Shown in pieces: positions 8,477 through 16,060 of a DNA stretch of 20,000 nucleotides. The stretch covers positions 232,208 to 252,207 of the forward strand of contig JAXLQJ010000005.1 of NCBI GenBank assembly GCA_046331705.1, in the 5' to 3' direction. This DNA comes from a bacterium. GTDB lineage: Bacteria > JADJOY01. Position 1 is the stretch's first letter, and every line of letters starts with the position of its first letter. The notes beneath the pieces are model-generated. The model was given only the letters and a program-made list of their open reading frames with translations. It ran no database searches and was not told the origin of the DNA. The position numbers and the translations under genes were made by a program.

Positions 8477-9556
8477 TCAGCAGCTCGGCGGGCTGGTGGC
8501 CGCGGCCCAGCGGCAGAGATCGCCGTCCTGGAAGTCGTCCTGGAAGATGCACGTGGTGCCGACGAAGCCCGCGGCGCAACCCAGCGCGCGCGTCGAGGTG
8601 ACCCCGTTGGTGAAGTCGAGGCTTGGATTGGCGCCCGAGATCGTGCGTGACGGTGACACGTTTCCGTTGGCCCCTGCCGCGTAACCCGTGAGCGTATCGA
8701 GACCAGAGCCGTTGGTTCCGGAATTCGCCACGAGGACCTCGGCGTTGGTCGTGCGCACGATTCCCTCGGCGTAGTCGAGCCCCGTCGCCGCACCGTCGAT
8801 GCCGCGCAGCGGCGCCACGTCGCCGGAAGCGGTGCGCGGAAACGTGAGCACGCGGTCGTCGTTGCTCGCCACGGTCAACTCGTTCGTGGAGAGGTCGAGG
8901 AAGAGTCCCGAGGGTCCGCCGAGCTGAGTGCTCTCACCAGCCAGGGTGCGCGACGGTGGGATGTCGCCGGAGGAATTCGAGTTGAACACCTTCACGCCCA
9001 GCTGATCGGAGACGAAGAGATTGTGGTGAAGCTTGTCGAGAAAGAGCTGCCCCGGGCCGAACAGCGTCGTGTTCCCGCCGGTGATCGTCCGAAGCGGTGG
9101 CTGGTTGCCGTTGGCGCCACGCCGGAACACCGTGATCGAGTCGCCGTCCCCGTTCGCGACCCAGATCTCGTCGGCGTCGACGTCCACCACGATCCCATTC
9201 GGCGAGGAGAGCTGCGTCTGGTCACCGCTGATGTCGCGCAGTGGCGCGACGTTCCCCGAATCGCTCATCGCGAAGACCAGCACGTGCGAGTTGTTCGTCA
9301 GCCCCGCCGTCACGAAGACCTCGCGGTGGACGAGATCGAGCGCCAGCGAGTGCGCGACCCCGAGCAGCGTCTCGGCCCCCTGGATCGAGCGCTTGGGAAC
9401 GGCATTACCGTCGGCCGTGTCGGCGAACACCCGGACGGACGTGTCGGTGACCACGAACATCTCGCTTCGCCCACGCCCGGGAAAGACCCATTCGGCGGCG
9501 CTGGCCACGAGCACCGCCATGGTCGTGAACGCGAAACGACTCCGCTTCCATCGCAT
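8477..9556 (-). CDS. Secreted six-repeat beta-propeller protein (NHL-like) with Cys-rich C-terminal tail
   Basis: GGAGG RBS and an N-terminal signal-like region. Six ~47-52 aa repeats of the form E(L/I)FV...V(F)...G(N/D)xxPxRxIxGxxTxLxxPxGxxxD. Confidence 0.85.
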   Translation of the reverse strand: MRWKRSRFAFTTMAVLVASAAEWVFPGRGRSEMFVVTDTSVRVFADTADGNAVPKRSIQGAETLLGVAHSLALDLVHREVFVTAGLTNNSHVLVFAMSDSGNVAPLRDISGDQTQLSSPNGIVVDVDADEIWVANGDGDSITVFRRGANGNQPPLRTITGGNTTLFGPGQLFLDKLHHNLFVSDQLGVKVFNSNSSGDIPPSRTLAGESTQLGGPSGLFLDLSTNELTVASNDDRVLTFPRTASGDVAPLRGIDGAATGLDYAEGIVRTTNAEVLVANSGTNGSGLDTLTGYAAGANGNVSPSRTISGANPSLDFTNGVTSTRALGCAAGFVGTTCIFQDDFQDGDLCRWAAATSPPSC

Positions 9557-9654
9557 GCAACGTCCTCCGTGCCGCGGATCCTACACCGAGTGTCGCGCAG
9601 CGCGACCAGCCCCGGGCGCCGCCTTGCGCGGCAGCCTCGCGAGGCCGTCCCCAA

Positions 9655-9686
9655 CGAAGCGAGGGCGGCCCAACCGGGCCGCCCCC
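9655..9686 (-). terminator. Putative intrinsic terminator downstream of groEL
   Basis: Minus strand reads GGGGGCGGCCC-GGTT-GGGCCGCCCTC then GCTTCGTT, about 40 nt after the groEL stop. The U-tract is weak. Confidence 0.6.
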
Positions 9687-9727
9687 CTCCGACACTCACG
9701 TGCGAGCAGCGCTCGCGCGAAGCGATC

Positions 9728-11356
<1,629 letters not shown>

Positions 11357-11402
11357 GTAGCTCTCCTTGGTTGGCTTCGATATTCGTGGGGACGAGAGGG
11401 TT

Positions 11403-11699
11403 TCAGGCCTCGATCACACCGAGGACATCGTCCTCACGCATGATCAGGATCTCCTGGCCGTCGATCTTGATTTCAGTGCCCGCGTACTTGCTGAACAGGA
11501 TCTTGTCGCCCTTCTTCACGTCGAGCGGCACGACCTTGCCATCGTCGCCAACCTTGCCCTTGCCCACGGCGACGACCTCGCCTTCCTGCGGCTTTTCCTT
11601 GGCGGTGTCGGGGATGATGATGCCACCCTTCGACTTCTCGTCCTTCTCGAGTCGCTTGACGAGAAGCCGGTCCTGCAATGGTCGGATGTTCAAGCCCAT
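11403..11699 (-). CDS. groES: Co-chaperonin GroES (Cpn10)
   Basis: [28 protein letters not shown] and REDDVLG. GGAGGAGGAAAGGAA before ATG 11699. Confidence 0.99.
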   Translation of the reverse strand: MGLNIRPLQDRLLVKRLEKDEKSKGGIIIPDTAKEKPQEGEVVAVGKGKVGDDGKVVPLDVKKGDKILFSKYAGTEIKIDGQEILIMREDDVLGVIEA

Positions 11700-11793
11700 T
11701 TCCTTTCCTCCTCCGTGTCCTCGGTGGATGGGTATCGTCGATTTCGAGTGGCAACGTGGGCCGTGCCGCCGCCATGCGCGCGTGCGATTTCGG

Positions 11794-11946
11794 CCGAACG
11801 CAGGAACCTCGAGGGCCTCACCGGCCCATCGGGCCACCTGACTGGAATTTGGTTGTCGCGTGATGGGCTCGTCGCGGCCACGCTACTGGCCATCGACAGC
11901 ACCCGCGAAGCGGCATTGCGGACCCTCGCCCCGCCCTCCGCTTCGG
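11794..11946 (-). ncRNA. Candidate structured RNA element in the long groES 5' leader
   Basis: By-eye fold gives a long closing stem (CGAGGGUC/GGCCCUCG plus outer pairs) enclosing three hairpins. It begins just after the predicted TSS. Not matched to any RNA family I recognise. Confidence 0.4.
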
Positions 11947-11956
11947 AACGTCGAGC

Positions 11957-11985
11957 AATCTAAGTTCGCCCCCCAAGGCTGTCAA
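11957..11985 (-). promoter_or_regulatory. sigma70-type promoter of groESL
   Basis: TTGACA (11985-11980), 17-nt spacer, TAGATT (11962-11957). An AT-rich UP-like tract (TTTATTTTT) lies at about 12006-11998. Confidence 0.85.
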
Positions 11986-12037
11986 GAACGAGGCCAGAAA
12001 AATAAAGCCAATGATGTTAGATGTTTGCGCAATCCGC

Positions 12038-12064
12038 TTAGCAGCCGACCCGGGAGACTGCTAA
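12038..12064. promoter_or_regulatory. CIRCE operator (HrcA site), variant
   Basis: TTAGCAGCC-N9-GACTGCTAA versus consensus TTAGCACTC-N9-GAGTGCTAA, located upstream of groESL. Confidence 0.85.
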
Positions 12065-12185
12065 GAGCGGCCGCGGCGACAGCGCCGACCCGTCTCGAGC
12101 GCGTGAGCTCGACCGCCACTCCAAGACGCGCGGCGGAATCACCGCGGGGCCGGTGCGACCGGTGGCGGGGAGCCGCGGCGGCTCG

Positions 12186-12556
12186 TCACGGAGCCGGCGA
12201 CGAGCTCGGGGACGACGCGTCGCCCGTGCGTTCGACGCCGGTCCTCGCGCCGCGAGCGCTCGAGATCGAGCCCACCTGAGCCATTCGGCGCAACTCCGAG
12301 GTCCAGTCGACGAACCGGTTCGGCCCGCGCCGGGCCAGCCGCGCGAGCGTCTGCCGAGACAGCTGCCGCAGCGCGGGCAGCCGTTCGCTCTTCCAACGAC
12401 CCGCCAGCGCCGCCAACGTCGCGTGCTGCAAGTTGCCCACCTCGAACGCGCGAGGGAACCCGTGGCAAAGCGGCACCACCGTCGCGTCCGCTTCCACCAC
12501 GATCGGCGCGACCAGCGACGCGAGCGGCGCGCGCGTCTCGGGCCGACCGGGGTGAG
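12186..12556 (-). pseudogene. C-terminal remnant of a radical SAM protein; catalytic N-terminus missing
   Basis: Protein-like stretch APLASLVAPIVVEADATVVPLCHGFPRAFEVGNL...LAGRWKSER...FVDW resembles, from memory, the C-terminus of a ~330-aa rSAM family (LVSPLVIEADGTVVPLQYGF...LGNL). No CxxxCxxC and no RBS-supported start; it abuts the upstream gene's stop. Confidence 0.6.
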
Positions 12557-12559
12557 CCG

Positions 12560-14938
12560 TCAGCTCGCGGCGACCGCGATGGTGGTGGCGCGGCCAGGTG
12601 CGATCGAGAGCGCCGGCAAGGTCACCACGGTGCGCCCGTAGCGGTTCGTGATGCCGCTGGCCGCGACCGGCGACCCATCGACGGAGGCCGAAGCGAAGGG
12701 ACCATCGAGCGGCACCGTCAGGTCGACGGTGAACGAGGTGACGGCATCGGTCGTGAGCAGGATCTCGCGACCCGTGCCGGCGACCCGTCGGATCGAGAGG
12801 TCGAATCGACCGGCACCGAAGGCCAAGCCCCGCCAGGTGTCGTGGTCCCACTCCGGCGGCAGGTGCGGCGCGAGCCGCACCCGTCCGGCCGCGAGATCCG
12901 GCTCGTACCCCGTGAGGTGCGTGAGCAGCGCGTTCCCCACGATCCCCGCCTCCCAGCTTCGATAGCGCGCGGAGGTGTCGCTCACGATCCCGATCGGCTC
13001 GCGCACCACCTGCAGGTGCGTGTAGTCGTCGACGATCACGGCCTCCTCGGTGAAGCCGGTGGGCGTGGGCAGGTCGCGCCAACGGCGGAACGCCTCGTCG
13101 GCGCTCGGATGGAACATGCGATCGAGGTTCACGAGCCAGTAGGCGTGGCTCATCCCGGTCTGGACACCCACCTGCACCCGCGTGAAGAGCAGCTTGTAGA
13201 GCGCGGGGAGGGGCGTGACGATCGTGCCGTTCGGCCTGCCGAGGGTCGCGAGCACCGACTCGAAGTTGCTCACCGCCTTGGGATCGCCGGGATCGAGCAC
13301 GTCCAGCCAGAGCGGCATGGTGCTCACGTCCTCGTAGGGCCGCGGGTCGGGAACCCGTGTGGCCGTGCTCGCCTCGATGGCGTAGCGGCCGAGATCTCCC
13401 ATCCAGAAGACCTCGTCGAGACAGCGCTCGACGGCGGCGGCGAGCGACGCGAGATCGGCCGCATCCGCGGCCCGACCGCTGCGAGCGGCCACACCGGACA
13501 GATACCGCGCCGCCCGGATCATCGCGTACGACGAGTACGCCGAGAGCGTCGACTCGTCCGGTTCGGCGAGGGCGTTCTGACCGAAGCTCGCTTCCTTCAC
13601 GTCCTCGAAGGTCTCGTCCCCCGAGTAGTACTGGAGGCAACCATCCACGAATTGCTGGCCGTGCAGCGCGTGCCAGAGCATGTCGAAGCGATCCGCGGCG
13701 AGCCCGCCGTCACCGGTGGCGCGCTCGTAGGCCTCGTATTCGAGGACCACGAAGCTCGGGCCCTCGGCGCGGGTGCGCCAGGTGTAGGTGGGCAGCGAGC
13801 GCCAGTCGGGCGGCGGCGGCAGGCGCGACAGATCCTGATCGGCGGGCAACGCGTTCGCGAGATCGCCGTTCAGCAGCGCGGCGCCGTATTGGTAATCGAG
13901 CATGTCGCGGAAATCGTCCGCGAGGCCGATGCGCGGATAGAAGATCGCCGGTCCGTGGGTGTCGCGAAGCCAGGTGTAGGCGTACTGGCTCATCTGGCTC
14001 AGGGCACCGGTGGCGGCCTGGTTCACCTTGATCGCCAGCACCTGGGCGTCGAAGAGATCGTCGAACGCGCGGTCCGGCGTCTCGACGCGCGTCACTCCTC
14101 CGAACCAGTCGCGCCACCACGCGAGCGTCGCGTCGAGGAGAGCCTCGACGCCCTCGGCGGCGACCGCCGCGAAGACCGGCTCGGGACCGCCGTCGCCGCT
14201 CGTGAAGGCGAGCGCCACCGGCACGACCCGCTCCTCGCCCGGCGCGAGATCGCCGAGCGCGATCGTGAAGCCGTTGTCACCGGCGGCGGTGGTCGTGAGG
14301 GTGCCGTCGATCGGGCGCGTCACGAGGTGGCGCCCGGTGGTGTCGTTCTCCACCAAGCCGCGTCCGTCGTAGCGCGCCAGCACGCCGCCGATCTCGAGCC
14401 CCACGTTCGCGATCGTCCGCCTGGATTGGTTGCGTACGATCCACACGCTCACCAGCGCGTCCTCGGCGCGCACCGAGGCGGCGCCGCGCGGGGCGAACGC
14501 GACCAGCGTCCACGCGAGCTCCTCGTCGCTCGACTCGGCGATCGCCACCGGCGTTCGACGCACGTACGAGAGCGTCTCGTGGGCCGGGTCGCGACGGCCG
14601 CCCTCGGCGACCAGGTACGGCGTGTGATCGCTGAACCACTTGACCGGCCGGTGGTACGTGGGCCCGCCGAGGTTGTGCCACGTGGCGAGCGGGTAGCCGT
14701 CGCCCAGGAGCCCGAACACCTTGCCGTTGCCGACGCCCACCGGACCGAGCGCGCGCACGTCGGGCCGCTCGGCGGCATCCACGTCCATCCGCCAGGTGCT
14801 GCGATCGGCAAGCGCGGGCCGGGCCTCGATCCAGCTCGAGACCGCGGCGCTCGTGCCGCCCGTGCCGCCGCAGCCCGTGAGCGCGGCGGCCGCGCACGCG
14901 AGCGCGCAGCAACGCGAGAACGTAGCGAGCCATCGCAT
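12560..14938 (-). CDS. Large six-hairpin glycosidase-like lipoprotein (GH15/GH63/GDE-like (alpha/alpha)6 fold)
   Basis: Lipobox LTGC. YAYTWLRD motif follows TPDRAFDDLF...IKVNQ. YEAYERATGD helix, a late SWEAG segment and a C-terminal LAPHLPPEW beta domain. Start at ATG 14938 (alternative 14950). Confidence 0.8.
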   Translation of the reverse strand: MRWLATFSRCCALACAAAALTGCGGTGGTSAAVSSWIEARPALADRSTWRMDVDAAERPDVRALGPVGVGNGKVFGLLGDGYPLATWHNLGGPTYHRPVKWFSDHTPYLVAEGGRRDPAHETLSYVRRTPVAIAESSDEELAWTLVAFAPRGAASVRAEDALVSVWIVRNQSRRTIANVGLEIGGVLARYDGRGLVENDTTGRHLVTRPIDGTLTTTAAGDNGFTIALGDLAPGEERVVPVALAFTSGDGGPEPVFAAVAAEGVEALLDATLAWWRDWFGGVTRVETPDRAFDDLFDAQVLAIKVNQAATGALSQMSQYAYTWLRDTHGPAIFYPRIGLADDFRDMLDYQYGAALLNGDLANALPADQDLSRLPPPPDWRSLPTYTWRTRAEGPSFVVLEYEAYERATGDGGLAADRFDMLWHALHGQQFVDGCLQYYSGDETFEDVKEASFGQNALAEPDESTLSAYSSYAMIRAARYLSGVAARSGRAADAADLASLAAAVERCLDEVFWMGDLGRYAIEASTATRVPDPRPYEDVSTMPLWLDVLDPGDPKAVSNFESVLATLGRPNGTIVTPLPALYKLLFTRVQVGVQTGMSHAYWLVNLDRMFHPSADEAFRRWRDLPTPTGFTEEAVIVDDYTHLQVVREPIGIVSDTSARYRSWEAGIVGNALLTHLTGYEPDLAAGRVRLAPHLPPEWDHDTWRGLAFGAGRFDLSIRRVAGTGREILLTTDAVTSFTVDLTVPLDGPFASASVDGSPVAASGITNRYGRTVVTLPALSIAPGRATTIAVAAS

Positions 14939-14945
14939 GTGGCCG

Positions 14946-15006
14946 ATCATACCGCTCGCGCGGCGCTCGAAAACGCGCTTGATTTCGATGTCGTCGTGCG
15001 TGTAAT
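14946..15006. promoter_or_regulatory. Possible divergent promoter pair between the glycosidase and gamma-subunit genes
   Basis: Minus strand: TATGAT at 14951-14946, 7 nt before ATG 14938. Plus strand: TTGATT (14979-14984), 16 nt, TGTAAT (15001-15006). Confidence 0.4.
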
Positions 15007-15029
15007 CGGGTGCGACTCGCGTGAGCCCG

Positions 15030-15935
15030 ATGACCGACTCCGATCGATCCGCCTCCCGCGACGAGCGCTTCGTGCTGCGCCGTCGCGAGCTGCTCCGCGC
15101 CCTCGGCGCCGGCGCGGCGGCGGTGGCCGTCGCGGAGCTGCCTGGCTGCGCTGGGTCGGGAAGGACGGTGCGCCGGCTGCTCGCGGCGGATCAACGCGCC
15201 ACGCTCGAAGCGCTCGCCGCGGCGCTGATCCCCGAGGACGAGACCGTGGGCGCGATCGGCGCCGGCGCGGTCGAGTACATCGACCGGATGCTCGCGGCTT
15301 TCGAGCATCCCGTCCCGGATCTCTACCGAGGCGGCCCGTTCAGCGGGCGCGTGCCGTATCCCGATCCGCGCACCGGCGACGCGAGCAGCGATTACCCGAC
15401 CAACCACTTCCGCGACGTGCTCGCGCCCACGCGCCTCCAGGAGGCGTCGTTTCGGATCGCGTACTTCGGCTCCGCATCGGTGCCGAACGGCGACATCAAC
15501 GCCGGCATCGTGCCGAGCACGCCGGGCTGGATCGCGCTCTACCGGGACGGTCTGGCGCGCCTCGAGGAGCTGGCGCACGGAGCCGGCCTCGCGAGCCTCG
15601 CCGACGCCACCCCCGAGCAATGCCTGGACTTCTTCGGCCAGGCGCCACGCGAATTTCGCGACGCCGTCCTCGACCACCTCTGCGAAGGCTTGTTCTGCGC
15701 GCCCGAGTACGGCGGCAACTCGGGCGGCATCGCCTGGCGCCAGTACCACTACGACGGGGACAGCCAGCCGCTCGGTCACACGCTCTTCGATCCCGCGACC
15801 GGCGAGCCGCGCGACCGGCCCGATCAACCCTGTCAGACCCTCGACCCCAACCTGCCCAACGACGGCTTCGAGCGCGACATCGTGAACGTGCTCACGATCA
15901 TCACCGTGGCGCAGGGCGGGAAGCGATTCTTCTGA
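15030..15935 (+). CDS. Gluconate 2-dehydrogenase subunit 3 (gamma)-like protein, Tat-exported, possible lipoprotein
   Basis: Twin-arginine signal LRRRELLRAL and lipobox-like LPGC. LIP..ETVGA..AGAVEYIDRML and EGLFCAPEYGGN motifs. Alternative start GTG 15021. Confidence 0.88.
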   Translation: MTDSDRSASRDERFVLRRRELLRALGAGAAAVAVAELPGCAGSGRTVRRLLAADQRATLEALAAALIPEDETVGAIGAGAVEYIDRMLAAFEHPVPDLYRGGPFSGRVPYPDPRTGDASSDYPTNHFRDVLAPTRLQEASFRIAYFGSASVPNGDINAGIVPSTPGWIALYRDGLARLEELAHGAGLASLADATPEQCLDFFGQAPREFRDAVLDHLCEGLFCAPEYGGNSGGIAWRQYHYDGDSQPLGHTLFDPATGEPRDRPDQPCQTLDPNLPNDGFERDIVNVLTIITVAQGGKRFF

Positions 15936-16060
15936 GCGATTCCTCGCGGACGAACGGACGCCGATGACTCCGATCTGCTGGAGGGCCAGCGGCCCATCGG
16001 TGGCCAACTCGTTGCCCCAGGCCGCGACGGAAGGCGGCCCCGCGGGCCCCTGGTGCAGCG

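Noticed and set aside
8287..8793. N-terminal extension of the acyl-CoA dehydrogenase ORF
   Set aside because: Overlaps the beta-propeller gene and is low-complexity. An RBS supports ATG 8286.
8600..9460. Periodic repeats as a CRISPR or DNA repeat array
   Set aside because: The periodicity is at the protein level (propeller blades) with divergent DNA. There are no identical repeats with unique spacers.
11690..11902. 70-aa ORF in the groES leader, and the 46-codon extension of GroES
   Set aside because: No convincing RBS or coding signal. GroES homology starts at ATG 11699 behind a strong SD. A leader peptide cannot be fully excluded.
11794..11946. Leader as SAM-I riboswitch, tRNA, SRP RNA or 6S RNA
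   Set aside because: Only scattered similar words (GGCCCGAUG, CAACC) in the wrong order. No T-arm or anticodon geometry, no SRP GGAA-loop motif and no clear 6S rod.
12576..13640. Upstream part of the 484-aa ORF 12186..13640 as a full gene
   Set aside because: Off-frame overlap with the glycosidase and Arg-rich junk composition. Only the last ~120 codons look like real protein.
12842..15967. 1041-aa plus-strand ORF
   Set aside because: Antisense to the glycosidase and then off-frame over the gamma subunit. Arg/Gly/Ala-rich with no recognisable motifs.
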